Made by a program: the position numbers and the translations under genes
In this document: positions 25,826-42,227 of the stretch, one piece after another
Position numbering within the stretch: position 1 is the stretch's first letter
How the letters are laid out: each line of letters opens with the position of its first letter
DNA from: the human T2T-CHM13v2.0 reference genome, Homo sapiens
DNA length: 64,000 nt
Assembly: GCF_009914755.1 (NCBI RefSeq)
Contig: NC_060928.1
Strand: one strand, 5' to 3'
Notes under the pieces: model-generated
Database searches by the model: none
Told to the model about the DNA's origin: nothing
Seen by the model: only the letters and a program-made list of their open reading frames with translations

Positions 25826-26160
25826 CCTTTTTAAGCCTCCAGGAGTATTTTAAATTTTCTACATCCTTCTACAGCTGGTCATATAAAAGTTACTTATGTA
25901 TGTGGATTGTTCTTTTATGAGTGCTTCTTGCTTATATCAGAAACAATCATCTGGAAAACACTCCCTTGTTCCCTATAAACAAGGTTCAAACAGTATATTA
26001 TCCCAAAATGTCTCACTGGAGAAATGCAGTTTAGTTTTCTGCACAACTCACCCAACCTGGCTAGATTTTACCTGGGAAAAATAAAGGTCTTCAAACTTTG
26101 AGGTCATTTTGATTAAACTACAGACATCAAGGAAAATAAAAGTGTGTTCTCTGCATTGAT

Positions 26161-26297
26161 TTAAGTTGGTGCAAAAGTAATTGCAGTTTTTGCCATTAAG
26201 AAATGGCATATAAAGTATAGCAATGACTATAAGGTTATGAGTATAAGGTATAGCATTAAACAATGACAAAAACTGCAATTACTTTTCACCAGTATAA
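26161..26297. mobile_element. MADE1 mariner MITE with an expanded spacer
   Basis: TIRs ttaagttggtgcaaaagtaattgcagtttttgccatt and aatgacaaaaactgcaattacttttcacca. Confidence 0.9.
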
Positions 26298-27294
26298 TAC
26301 CATTACACATACAATGACCTTTCTACTTTCCCTATTTTGTGTATTGAGTCACATCCCAAACATCTGTAGAAAAAGTGTTAGTTAAGACACTAAAGATAAG
26401 AATTATAGTTCAATTGTGACTAAAATCACAGTCTATGCTTTCTGGCTTAACAAATATAATCTGGGTATCAGTCAGTAGTGAAGATTCATTTAAATTACCA
26501 CATCACCAGATATGAAACAACTTCAAAGCTATACCAGCACAAATGCTTTTGAAATGAAATATCATCCCACTACTGAAAATGAATCATATTATCATATTTT
26601 CCACTGTCTTCTACTTTCTCTGGCAATATAGTTAATGACTATCCAAGTATAAGATAAAACTGTAAACTGTGAGCAGAATGCAAAACAAGGCCCTAGATGG
26701 ACCAGAAAGATTGGTGGAATGAGTACTGATCCCAGGGCAGCTCAGGACTACAAATGCAGTCTTACATAAGTCAGTGAAATGGCCAGTTTATTTTCATTTC
26801 CTTATCTTCAAAATTCAGGGCTAAATTGAATGATATATTATGACCCTTTCACTGAAAAAACATACAGATATACACAACTGAAAAAAACAGAACTAAGTGG
26901 CACTTCTTTTTTGATACCAGTACAGGAGCAATCACAAATCCTTTGTGAATGAAGGAGTGTAGAGGCAGAAATAAGTAATAGGACATTCTAACCACAAGTT
27001 TGTAATTTTCTAACCAGTTCTTTTATAGTCAACTCAACATTGCATAAATTGAGAAATAATCCCAGTTTGTGTGGCTAGAGGTAAGCAATATTCTTATAAT
27101 TCAAGACAGAATAATATTCAAGACAGAAACAATGTAGTGTAGTAAATGGTATTATGATTTTACAATTAAAAGAGACCTTAGAACACTGAGTTCAGAGGGT
27201 TTTTGTTTTTTTGGCCTTTTTAAGAAAATCATTTTCCTACTGGAAAATCATTTGAAAGCTATACAATCTCTTTCTCGATAAAAACAAACCATAA

Positions 27295-27735
27295 GCAAGC
27301 CTGGCACAGAAAGACAAGTACTGTATGATCTCACTTACATGTAGATTGAACTCTTTATATGATTTAAAAAGTTTAACACATAGAAGCAGAGAATAGAATG
27401 GTGATGACCAGGGACTCTGGGTTGGGGGAGTGGGTTGGAAAGATGTTGGTCCAAAGATACAAAATTTTAGTTACAAGGAATAAATTCTAGAGACCTCTTG
27501 TACAACTTGGTGGCTATAGTTACTAACAATATAGTATATTCTTGAAAATTGCCAAAATATAGATTTTAAGTGTACTCTTTATAAAATAATAACTATGTGA
27601 GGTAAGACATATGTACACTAGCTCAACTGAGCCATTTCACAATGGATTCATATTTCAAAACATGTTGAACTTGATAAATACATATAATTTTTATCCATTA
27701 ATTTAAAAATTAGTTAATTTTTTTAAAAAAATAAA
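27295..27735 (+). mobile_element. L1MA (MA5-MA8-like) 3' end
   Basis: 'cagaaagacaagtactgtatgatctcacttac', 'gaagcagagaatagaatggtg', 'caaagatacaaaatttt'. Confidence 0.8.
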
Positions 27736-28825
27736 TATATGTCCTGAGACAATTGTGCATAAAATTTCTGGCTGTTCATATACCTGCTGAGGTCTATTCA
27801 GGCAAGCCCTGACCACATTGTCCTCAGATAACAGGTAAAAAACTTGATACTCAAAGAATTTCAGCAGATAGTCCAAAGACACAAAGATATTTATGTAAAA
27901 ACTGTACTAAAACACAGATTTCTTGCTCAATTACTCTTTCTATTTCTCACTGTCTCTTTTTTGGCTAGGACTTAAGTTAACATTATTCATCTGAAAAGAA
28001 AGAAAAAGTACTACTTGAACCAAGTGGTTAAATGTCCAAAATATAGTATGAAAAAAAAAAACAATTAGAAAAGACTTGAAGCAGGTGTACAAAAAGCTAG
28101 TAGAGAGTCTATTGGACATGTATTTTTCTAAAAAAGAATAGCTCAGAAAGGTATCAATCAAAAGATCAAATCAGCAAACAAAGGTTAATTTCAAAATAAG
28201 TTATCAAGTTTTTTACTTAAAAGATTGAATATCATGATGGAATTCTATCACCATACTTTTTAAATTCCTCTTTTCTTACATACTACAGCTGCTAACTCTC
28301 CCTGGCTTCACTGTTCCTGGGAAACTAGGTGAATGGGTCCCTTGTTGATTGCAGACTCATACCTCTTGTCCTTTTTCTGTTATTTTCCTCCTAATTCTGT
28401 ATCAGAAAAGCATACTACAGCAGGAAATAGTTTGTAAGCCAGGAGAGAATGAGAAACAGAGCATGTAACATCAGTACGGCCTTTGGCAAGGACAGATTAT
28501 GGAAATCATCAAGAGTTTTCATCCACTGACAAATTTTTCTAATCTGTAAATGAAAGGAAGAAACAAGCATTCTTTTGGAGCAGGAAAAAGGAAAAATAGG
28601 AATGATAAATAAGCTTGGAGAGAGGATTTGAAGAAAACTTGACTTCATCTATGTAGTATTGTCCCTCTATAGTATCCCTATGACAGCAAATAAACAACCT
28701 GTATCAGGAGCTGCTTCCAAAGGCTGCTAGGAAATATTACTGGAAATAGACAACAAAATTATTTTTTAAGAAATTTACCTACATTATCTTTTTTCTTTTT
28801 TTAAAATGGCTTTATTGAGATATAA

Positions 28826-29317
<492 letters not shown>

Positions 29318-30144
29318 CTACCTTCTGCCTCTATAGATTTACCTATTCTTGACATTTCATATAAACAGAATCATATAATACATGCTCTTTAGTGACTGGC
29401 ATCTTTTACTTAGCATGTTTTAAGGTTCATCCATGTTGTGGCATATATCACATTATTATTTTTTATGGCTAAATAATATTCCATTATATGACTATCCCAC
29501 ACTTTATTAGTTGATAGACATTGTTTAAACCTTATGGCTACTATAAATAAATAATGCTGCTATAAATATTTGGTAGAAGTTTTTGTCATTGTTGTGTTTT
29601 TTTGACATATGTTTTTATTTGTCTTGGATATATACTTAGTAGTAGAATAACTATATAGTGGGTTAAACATAGAGTTACCATATGTTATATAGTATATAAC
29701 ACAGATTTACCATGTGATATATGTATACCATATGTTTGCTGATTTGATCTTTTGATTGACACCTTTCTGAGCTATTCCTTTTTAAGAAACATACATATAT
29801 CATATGGTAACTCTGTATTTAACCCACTTCAGGATCTGTCAGAGTATTTTCCAAGGTGGTTGCCCTATTTTTATTCCCACCAGCAGTGTATGAGCAATTT
29901 ATCCATATCCTTCTCAATACTTGTTATTATCTGAATTTTAAAACTTTTTGCCATCTTGTTGGGTGTCAAGTAGTGTCTCACTCTGATTTTGGCCTGCATT
30001 TTCTTTATGACTAATGATGCCAAGTATCCTTCCATGTGCCTACTAACCATTTTTATATCTTCTTTGGCAAAATGTCTATTCAGATTCTTTGTCTGTTTAT
30101 TAATCAGATTGCTTTTTGTTATTGAATTCTAAAATTTCATCTTT

Positions 30145-31508
30145 TTTTAATTTGTTTTTTATTTCAGTAGGTTTCTGGGGAACAGATGGTTATTGATTAC
30201 ATGAATAAGTTCTTTAGTGGTGATTTCTGAGATTTTGGTGCACCCATCACCCAAGCAGTGTACACTGTACCCAATGTGTTGTCTTTTATCTCTTGGCCCC
30301 CTCTCACCCTTTCTCCTGAGTCCCCAAAGTGCATTGTATCATTCTTATGCCTTTTTGTCCTCATAGCTTAGTTCCCAATTATGAGTGAGGACATACAATG
30401 TTTTGTTGGCCATTCCTGAGTTACTTCACTTACAGTAATGGTCTCCAACTCCATTGAAGTTGCTGCAAATGCCATTATTTTGTTCCTTTTAATTGCTGAG
30501 TAGTATTCCATGGTACATTTATAACACTTTTTTTTTTTATCTGCTCATTGCTTGATGGGTGTTTGGGCTGGTTCCATGTATTCAAAATTGCAAATTGTGC
30601 TGATATAAACATGCATGTATAAGTATCTTTTTCATATAATGACTTTTTTTTCCTCTGGGTGTAGTGGGATTGCTGGCTCAAATGGTAGATCTACTTTTAG
30701 TTCTTTCAGGAATCTCCACAATGTTTTTCACAGTAGTTGTACTAGTTTACATTCCCACCAACAGTGTAAAAGTGTTCCCTTTTCACCACATCCATGCCAA
30801 CATCTATTATTTTTTGATTCTTTGATTATGGCCATTCTTGCAGGAATGAGGTGATATTATTGCATTGTTGTTTTGATTTGCATTTCCCTGATAATTAGTG
30901 ATGTTGAGCACTTTTTTCATATGCTTGTTGGCCATTTGTGTATCTTCTTTTGAGAATTGTCTATTCATGTTCTTCACCCACTTTTTGATGGGATTGCTTG
31001 TTTTTTTCTTGCTGATTTGTTTGAGTTCTTTGTAGATTCTGGATATTAGTCCTTTGTCAAATATATGGATTATGAAGATTTTCTCCCACTCTGTGGGTTG
31101 TCTGTTGACTCTGCTGATTATTTCTTTTGCTGTGCAGAAACTTTTTAGTTTAATTAGGTCTCATCTACTTATCTTTGTTTTTTGTTGCATTTGCTTTTGG
31201 GTTCTTGGTCATGAACTCTTTGCCTAAGCCAATGTCTAGAAGGATTTTTCCAATGGTATCTTTTAACATTTTTAAGGTTTCAGGTCTTAGATTTAAGTCT
31301 TTAATCCATCTTGAGTTGATTTTTGTATAAGGTAAAAGATGAGGATCCAGCTTCATTTTTCTACATGTGGCTTGCCAATAATTCCAGCACCATTTGTTGA
31401 ATAGGGTTTCCTTTCCCCACTTTATGTTTTTGTTTGCTTTCCCAAAGATCAGTTGGCTATAAGTATTTGACTTTATTTCTGGACTTTCATTCTGTTCCAT
31501 TGGTCTAT
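30145..31508 (-). mobile_element. L1PB (L1PB1-like), 5'-truncated
   Basis: 'ttacatgaataagttctttagtggtgatttctgagattttggtgcaccc'; ORF2 remnant 31165..31500. Confidence 0.88.
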
Positions 31509-32200
31509 CTTCATATATTCTTGATACAAATGCCCAGTTAGATATATGATTTGCAAATTGTTTTTTCTTCTTCTGTAGATTATTTTTTCACTTTCACGAT
31601 GGTGTCCTTTGGAACACAAACGTTTTTAATTTTGATGAAGTCCAGTTTATCTCTTTTATTGTTATTTGCATACCTGGAACTCAGTACCAAATTCAAGGCC
31701 ATGAAGATTTATCCCTATGTTTTTTTCTAAGAGTTTGATATTTTTAGTTCTTACATTGAAGTCTTTGATACATTTTGAGTTAATTAGTATATATGGTGTG
31801 AGGTAAGGGTCCAACTTCATTCTTTTTCATGTGGCTATCTAGTTGTCCCAGCACTATTTCTTGAAGAAACTATTCTTTCCTACATTGTATGGTCTTGGCA
31901 TCCTGGTTGAAAATCAGAGTATAGGTACATGAATGTATTTCTAGACTCTCAATTATATTGTGTTAATCTTTATGCCTACTTTTATGCTAGTAGCACAATA
32001 TGTTGATTACTGTTGCTTTATAGCAAGTTTTGTAATGGAGAAGTGGTGAATCCTATTTTGTTCTTTTTCAGCATTGTTTTACTATTCTGGGTTCTTTGTA
32101 ATTCCACATGAATTTTAGAATCAGCTTGACAATTTCTACAAAGAAGCCAAATGAGATTGTGGTATGGATTGCTTTGAATCTGTAGATAAATTTCAGGAGT

Positions 32201-32606
32201 TATATTAGTTCACTATAACTGCCATAACAAAGTACTGCAGACTGGGTGGTTTAAATAATAGAAATTATTTCCCCACATTTCTGAAGGCCAGGTGTTCAAG
32301 ATCAAGATGTGCTTAGATTCTGAGTATATTATGGATTCTGCAGCCTCTCCTACTGGCTTGTAGATGGCTATGTTCTCCCTGACTTCATGTGGTCTTCCTT
32401 CTATGAGCATTCATGTCTTAATGTCTTCTTTTTATAAGGACACTAGTCATATTGGATTAGGGCCCACCCATATGACTTTTTACTTAATTACCTCTTTAAA
32501 GGCCCTATAACCAAACACAGTAACATTCTAGTGTACTGGGATCTAGGACTTCAACATACAAATTTGGTGGGAAGGTGGGCCAGAAACACATTTCAGCTCA
32601 TAACCA
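32201..32606 (-). mobile_element. MLT1B-like solo LTR
   Basis: 'gccataacaaagtactgcagactgggtgg', 'ataaggacactagtcatattggattagggcccaccc'; 5-bp TSD ggagt (32196-32200 and 32607-32611). Confidence 0.88.
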
Positions 32607-32623
32607 GGAGTTTTGCCATTTTA

Positions 32624-34294
<1,671 letters not shown>

Positions 34295-36289
34295 TTAATA
34301 ATATGAGGTCTTCCAGTTTATGAACATGAAATGCTATTCCATTGATTTAGGTATTTAATTTAATTTGATATTGTTTTATAGTTTCCAGGGCATATGTTTT
34401 GTTATTTTATTTAATTATTAAGTATTTTATTCTCTTTTATGTTATCACAAATAGACTTTCCTTAATTTTATTTTTTGATTGTTCATCACAAGCATATCAA
34501 AATATAATATATTTTTGTATGTTGATTTTCTACCCTACAACTACAATGAAGTCATTTATTAGTTCTAAAAGAGTTTTTATCTTTTTTTGGTAGATTTTTT
34601 TAGCATCTTTTTATACAAGATATTTTATCTCTGAATAGAGATTACTTTTTTCTTTTCAATCTAGATGGCTTTTTTTTTTCTTTTCTGTGGCCCTAGCTAT
34701 AACCTCTAGTACAATGTTGACTAGAAGTTGTGAGAGTAGATGTCTTGTTTTGTCCTTTATCTGAAGGGGAAAGCATCCATTCTTTCACCATTACATGTAA
34801 TATCAACTGTGGGTTTTTGTATGTGCCCTATATCGTGTTGAAGAAGTTTCTTTCTATTCCTAGTTTGTTCAGTGTTATTATTATTAAAGATGTTGAATTT
34901 TGTCAGATGCTTTTATAAAGTCTATTAAGATTAATATTTGCCTCATTTTTTATTCAATTGATGTGGTGTATATTACATTAATTGATTTGGGGATATTAAA
35001 CCAACTTACATTCTTGAGATAAATCACACTTAGTTATGGTGTATAATTTATTTTATCTGTTGCTGAATTTAGGCTATTAGTAGTTTGTTGAGAATTTTTG
35101 TGTCTATATTCATAAAAGAAACTGGTCTGTAATTTATTTTGCTTTTTATGTCTCTTTCTGGTTTTGGTATCAGTATCATACTGGCATCACAAAATGAACT
35201 GAAAAGTGTTCCTTGCTACTCTATTTTTTGAAAGAATATGTGAAGATTTGGTATAAATTCTTTAAATATTTTGTAGAATCCAGTGGTAAAGCAATTTGAG
35301 ACTAGGCCTTTCTTTGTGTGTAATTTTTAGATTGCTAATTCATTTGCTTCACTTAAAGGTCTATTGAGATTTTCTATTTCTTCTTGAGTCAGTCTTCATA
35401 TTTTGTGTCTTTCTGAGAATTTGTCCATTTTTATCTAAATTGTCTAATTTATTAGCATGAAATATTTTATAGTATTTCTTTATAATTCTTTTTATTTCTG
35501 TAGAGTTGATGGTAGTGTCCCCTCTCAAATCTGATTAGTGATTTCAATCTTCTCTTAGTCTCTTTTTTCTTGAGCAATCTTGACAAAGTTTGTCAACATT
35601 ATTGATATTTTCAAATAACTGGCTTTTGGTTTACAAATTTTTCCTATTGTATTTCTATTTTTGATTTTATTAATTTCCACTTTAATTATTATTATTTTCT
35701 TCCTTCTTCTGGCATTAGGCTTAATTTCCTCTTTTTTACCAGTGTCTTAAGTTGAAATGTTAGGTTATTGGTTGGGAATTTTTTTCTATTTTACCACAGA
35801 CAATTACAGCTATAAATTCCTTCTAAGCACTGCTCTACTGTCTCTCCTGAGTTTTCGTGGGTTGTTTCCTCATTTTCTCTTATCTCAAATATGTTCTAAT
35901 TTCCCTATGTTTTCTTCTTTGACATATTTGCTAATAAGACACATGTTGTTTAGAGTTCCCATAAGTATGAGTTTGCCCATTTTGTTTCATTCCATTGTGG
36001 TCAAAGAACATATATTGTTTTATCGCTATCTTTTAAGATTTATTAAGTTTTGTTTTATGGTCTAGCATATGATCTACACTGGATAGTGGTCTACATGTAT
36101 TTGTAGAGAATATATATTCTGCTGTTGGGTGAAGTATTCTATATATGTCTATTAAGTTCACTCAGTTTATATTTTCATTTTACTTTTATATTTTCTGGTT
36201 GATCCTCTGCCTATTCTATCTTTTATTGGAACTGGGATATTGAGATCTTTATCTAATATTATCCAATCATTTATTTTTCCTTCATTTAT

Positions 36290-36514
<225 letters not shown>

Positions 36515-37503
36515 TGATTTATTGACACATAAAATTTCACTCTTTAGCAATTTTTTTTGTTTTAAAATCAATTGTGTCTGATATTACTATAGCCACTGTA
36601 GCTTTCTTGGGGTTGCTCTTTGCATGATATCTTTTCCATCCTTTTACTTTCAATATATTTGTATCTTTGAATCTAAAATGTGTCTCCTGCAGAGAACATG
36701 AAGTTGGATCTTATTCTTTAAAACCCAGTCTGACAATCTATGTGTTTTGATAGGTTTATTTAATCCATTTACATTTAATGTTATTATTGCTACAGTTGGG
36801 TTTACATCTGTCATTTTAACTTTTGTTTTCTGCTTTGTACTGTTTTTGCTCCTCTATTTCACCTTTACTATGTTCTTTGCATTAAATGAATATTTTCTTA
36901 TGTAGCATACTATTTTTAAATGATTTTTTACTACACAGATTGAGTTATTTCCCTAGTGCTTGTTCCATATATATCTCAATTTATTTGAATTAGCTTCAGA
37001 TTTACACTAACTTAATTTCAATATGATACAGAAATGTTATTCTTGTAGCACCATTGTCTTTCTTCTTTTATAATACTATTATTATACATATTTCACTCTA
37101 TAAATGTCTCAAGCTCAACATTTCATGATTATAATTATTACTCAATATAATTTAAGCATTTTAAAGAAGCCATTAAAGGAGAGGAGAACAAGTATATATT
37201 TATAGCTTTTGTTATACTAGCCTTTTTATTTATCATTTCTGGATCTATTTGTTTTTGTAGATTTGAGTTACCATATGGAGTCACTTTCATAGCCTAATTG
37301 AGCTGTGTTTCCACCCACTTTTTTTGTGCTGTTATTGGCAAATGTATTACATTTCTATATTCATGGTATACATTTTATTTTGTTTCATCCAGTTGCCTTT
37401 TAAATCAGTCAAGAGAAGAAATACGTGTTTATACTCTTGTGATCACATAATTACATTTTCAGGTACTCTTTGTTTATCTGTGTGGATTCAAAAAATGAGG
37501 TCA

Positions 37504-37630
37504 GACTTCTCACTGAGCTTCTTTCTGTCTGTTGCTGGCAGCTTATGGATTCATATGAGCAGAGAGAATCACAGAACTAGCATTACTTTTGTCTTTACAG
37601 GAGTATATTTGGCTGTCTTGTGAGATATTA
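37504..37630 (+). ncRNA. SNORA75: SNORA75 (U23) H/ACA snoRNA retrocopy
   Basis: Matches the U23 sequence I recall (cttctca.tgagct.ctttctgtct...tatggattc...cacagaactagcatta...gtctttacag..gtatattt.gctgt.ttgtgaga.att); H box AGAGAA 37563-37568; A-rich tail 37635-37661; 13-bp TSD aaaaatgaggtca (37491-37503 and 37662-37674). Confidence 0.88.
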
Positions 37631-39746
37631 CGGTAAAAAAAAATTAGAAATCAAAGAAAAGAAAAATGAGGTCACTTGCTTTTAGCCTAAAAAATTTTCC
37701 TAAGTATTTCTTGTAAGGTAGGTCTACTAACAACAAATCAGTTCACTTTTTGTTTATCTTTTAATGTCATTTTCCTATTTCAATTTTGATAGTTTTGCTG
37801 TACATAGGATTCTTGGTTGAAAGGTTTTTTTTTTCCTTTGAGTGCTTTGATTGTGTTATCCATCCTGTCTTTACCTCCCTTCCCATCTGTGGACTCCATT
37901 GTTTCTGATGAGAATTTAACTTTAATCTTCTTGAAGTTCCCTTGTAAATAATGAGTCACTTTTCTCTTGGTGCTTTCAAGATTTTTGTCCTTGCCTTTGG
38001 CTTTCAGCATTTTCACAATGACTTGTCTGTGAATCTCTTTACATTCATCCTACTTGAAATTTGTTGAGCTTCCTAGATGCATAAATTAATGTTTTCCAAT
38101 ACATTTGGTAATATTTTAGCTATTGTTTCTTCAAATACTCTTTTTGTTCCTTTCTTTCTGTTTTTCAGATTGCATAATTTTTATCAATTTTTTATATTAC
38201 TAATTCTTTCTTCTGCTTGTTCAAATATACTGTTGAGCCTCTCTAGTGAATTTTTTACTTCAGTAATTAAGTTTTCAAATCCAGAATTACCATTTGTTTC
38301 TTTTTTTAAAAAAAATCTGTCTCTATATTCTCTATTTCTTGCATCATTATCATTACACCTTCCTTTACTTATTTTATCATAGTTTTCTTTGAAGATATTT
38401 ATAATGGCTATTTAGAAATCTTTGTCAAACCTGATATCTGCTCATTTACACAGGTAGTTTATAGTATGTGAGGTGTTTTTCCAGCATATGAATCATATGT
38501 TCTTTTTCTTTGTAGGTCTTGTAACTTTTGTTGCAAAGAACATTATAGATAATATAGCAATTCTGGGTATTTGTTCCTCCCCTCCAGGGCTTGAAATTGT
38601 TATTGATTTTTATTTGTTTAGTGACTGACTGAATTATTTTAGTGAAGTATGTTACCTACCAAACCCCTTCCTGCTCAGGGAACTTCTAATGCTGTTTTTT
38701 GGACTTGAAGAGTCTGTGATCACACTAGAATGACAGTAGTTTTGACAGATATCTCCTTGACTCTTTCCCTGACCACACCCAGCTGTTAAGCCCAATAATT
38801 GCCAGATTATTGTTCTATTGTTTTCAGCAATGTGCTGGAGTATGAATTTCTCAGCAGACTGATCCAGTCAAATGCAGACTTCTTTGAAGGAATAGCTTCA
38901 GAGGTAGTGTTTGAAATTTGGTCTGGCCTATGAAGGGTTCCTCCATGCTGTCTCTTTCTGTGGCTCTGTCTGACAAACTAGCCAGTCAATATTTTAGCTT
39001 ATATCCCCAAAGAATCTACCACTTTTCTCCCAATTGCCTGTCACTACAATCCCCACTTTTTTGAGATCGTATTTAGGCTTAAAATTTTCCCCACTGTATT
39101 GCAAATGAAGTCAGTCCTCTTGGGAAGAGATTCAGATTGTTTTTATAGCCTGATTCTCCCACCCTGGGCAAAATCTATGAGCCATAGTTCTGGACCTGGG
39201 CATAGGGATAATGTGCATTTCCCTCTCTGAGTAGCAGTTCCACTGTTTTGGAAGCTGAATACTGAATAGAAGGGCACAGGCAGTAGCTTCAGGCCTTATA
39301 AGCTTGCCTCTCTTAGCCTGGAATCTCTACCTTACAAGCCAAGGGAAAGACAGGCTCCAATATTCTAGTGCAGTTATGCTCAAGGAGTTAGAGTCTCTGT
39401 TCCATGCATGGGGGGCTTGAGGTTGTGGGGGTGGGAAGGAAGGAGCTCTCATCTCTCAATTATACTTACACAGAATTTAACCTCAGAACAAGTAGCTAGG
39501 AGCAGCATGAGAAATGCTAATGTCCTGCCCTTCCTAGGAGAATAGCACTCTGACCTGGAGCTGAGATTAGAGGCAACCCTGTGTTCTTAGCTGTACAAAT
39601 CTGGAGTGGAGTTTGCATCTTGCTGATGTGGGAGGGCAAAGCGGGGAATGTGTCTTGGTTCAAATACCACAAGCTCTTGCTGCTTTTGCCAAGATTTAGT
39701 AGATTTTTTAAAATTAATATTTCTTTACTTTCTGTATATTTTTCAT

Positions 39747-39869
39747 TGAGCCCAAGAGGCGGAGGTTGCAGTGAGCTGAGGGAGCACCACTGCACTCCAG
39801 CCTGGGCAAAAGAGTGGGACTCTCAAAAAATATAGATAGATAGATACATAGATACATAGATAGATAGAT
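39747..39869 (+). mobile_element. Alu right-arm 3' fragment with a (TAGA/TACA)n tail
   Basis: 'gaggcggaggttgcagtgagctgag...cactccagcctgggc' then tetranucleotide repeat 39831-39869. Confidence 0.85.
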
Positions 39870-41119
39870 ACTAGTCTTTGAATTACTTTGAGAAAAAAAC
39901 TTTATGGATGAAACATTATTATTTTTATTGTATAGATGAGAAAGACGTTTATAGATGAGAAAGCTGTTATTATTCTATAGTACAAGTCATTGCTGGGAGA
40001 AGATTTGAATAGAGTTCTTAAAAATGCAGACTTCAAAGCCCCTTCTCTTAATGTATTATACTAGTTCATTTAATAGCAAAAAAAAAGATACAAGAGGAAA
40101 CTGATTCCTTCAAAAAACATTGAGATAATTTACTCAAGATTTCAAGGTGCAGAGGACTATTTTAACAGGTATCCTAGAGAGCAGATGTTCTGTTTTGTTT
40201 TATATTCTTAGTATTGAGGGAATGTCTAGTAATAAGGATTACTTAATAGATTAGCTGTTGAATTAATACAAAATTGAATTCTTCAGGGAAAATTTAAGAC
40301 TCTGTCCTTTGTATTTTTCATTTCAGATCGTGATCATTTTGAGATAAGGCATAACTATTTCACAGATGATGAGGGGAAATTCTATGTAGAATTACTGGAG
40401 GGAAAGCCTGAAAGACAAGGATATATAGTTAAAGATAAATCAAGTCCAAGAGCTATTAAGGCAATAAAAACACATATAGACTTTATATTGACTTTTGATA
40501 CTTCTAGGCAATTGAGAACACATAAATAAATAGTCAGCTTGTGAGTACTGTGTAACTGCTTAAACCTTGACTATTTTTTATTATCTATATTTGCAAGTTT
40601 CCTTGCAATTTTAATTAAGCTGATAGCAAAGTTAAACTAAATAATAATTATTTTACTTAATGTATAGTAATATAGCTGTTATATTTTCTATATAATTATG
40701 ACATATTATAGGTAATATACTACATATTAATATGTAATTATACCTAAATATCATCCATATTATAAAGAAAACATTTTGTGCTAAGGTTGTTGCACAACTT
40801 TAAATCTTGATATAACTGTATTTTAAGCAATATTCCAAGTAGTTATAATAATCATTTTATGTACACTTTAGGGATTTAATTTATTTTGAATATTTTTTAA
40901 GGTAGTGTAGTTTTGTTGTTGTTGTCATTGTTGTTGTTTTTTAGAAAGCATATACCTTTAAATGTATGACCTCTACACATTTGGCAGTTTATGGTGACTG
41001 GCATCCTCTAATCTGATGGCAGTTAATGAAATTACTGGCATAATACCTAGGAAAATGTTTGTCCAAATATGATACTCAGGCCATATGCAATAGAAATTCT
41101 AAGAGTCTTCCTTACAAGT

Positions 41120-41242
41120 AGATCTCTTGGCCTCAACCTGTAGCCTTTCCAACAGAATCTCTGGCAATGTGGCCCAGGAATTTACAGTTTTTATTATGCA
41201 TTCCAAGATCACTCTATGCACTCTCACATTTGACAACCATGG
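41120..41242. mobile_element. MER5-like hAT fragment
   Basis: 'cagaatctctggcaatgtggcccaggaatttacagtttt...tttgacaaccatg'. Confidence 0.55.
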
Positions 41243-41480
41243 ATCAAGCAAATCAAATCCTAATAAATTTAACCTGAACATCCAACCTATTCCCTAAGTA
41301 CCAAATATTATATAGAAGGATATAGGAAAGAACCACTGAAGAAATTTGATATTTCTGTTTTGACAATAGACCTACAAAGCATGATAAATTAGACCTATAA
41401 ACTATGATAAGGAAAGAAACTGATTTCTCCTTTTGGGGGATTAGGTTAAATAGGTAATGGCACATTAAAGAACTAGAATT

Positions 41481-41790
41481 GGCCAGGTGCAGTGACTCAT
41501 GTCTATAATCCCAGCATTTTGGGAGGCTGAGGCAGGTGTATCACCTGAGGTCAGAAGTTCAAGACCAGCTTGGCCAATATGGTGAAACCCCTTCTCTACT
41601 AAAAATACAGAAATTATCTGGGTGTGGTGGCACGTGCCTGTAATCCCAGCTACTCGGGAGCTGAGGCAGGAGAATCGCTCGAATTCAGGAGGCAGAGGCT
41701 AAAGTGAGCTGAGATCGTGTGCCACTGTACTCCAGCCTGGCCAACAAGAGTGAGACTCTGTCTCAAAAAGAAAAAAATATATAAAGAAAG
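41481..41790 (+). mobile_element. AluS, full length
   Basis: GGCCAGGTGCAGTG start; TSD aaagaacta(g/a)aatt at 41467-41480 and 41791-41804. Confidence 0.97.
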
Positions 41791-42227
41791 AAAGAACTAA
41801 AATTCATCAAAGGTCACTTAAAGCAAAGCACTCTATTTATTCACATTTTATAGATACTAATTATGTTTTCACTCATGCTTTTCAGTATTTCAAAATAAAA
41901 TGGCTCCTCATTTTCATGCCAAAACATCTTTACAAAAATTGTTACAGATTATTTCCAATACCTTTTGCTCAGCAATTTGGCATCAACACTACTCAGGCAA
42001 CAACATTCATATGGTAATAGTTAAATTTGTTTTTCACTAGGGCCCTCTCAGCCAAATTTTTCATTTCCAGCCTGCGCATGCTGAACTCTAGAAGATGTTG
42101 TAATTATTTTATTGAACATGGGTATTTCTAAATCAATTAATATCATGTATGTTGCCAATTATTTTCCTGCTTAAAGAGTGGGCGTTACTCTGTAAATTTG
42201 TTTCTTTTAATCTTATTTCTCAGGTAA

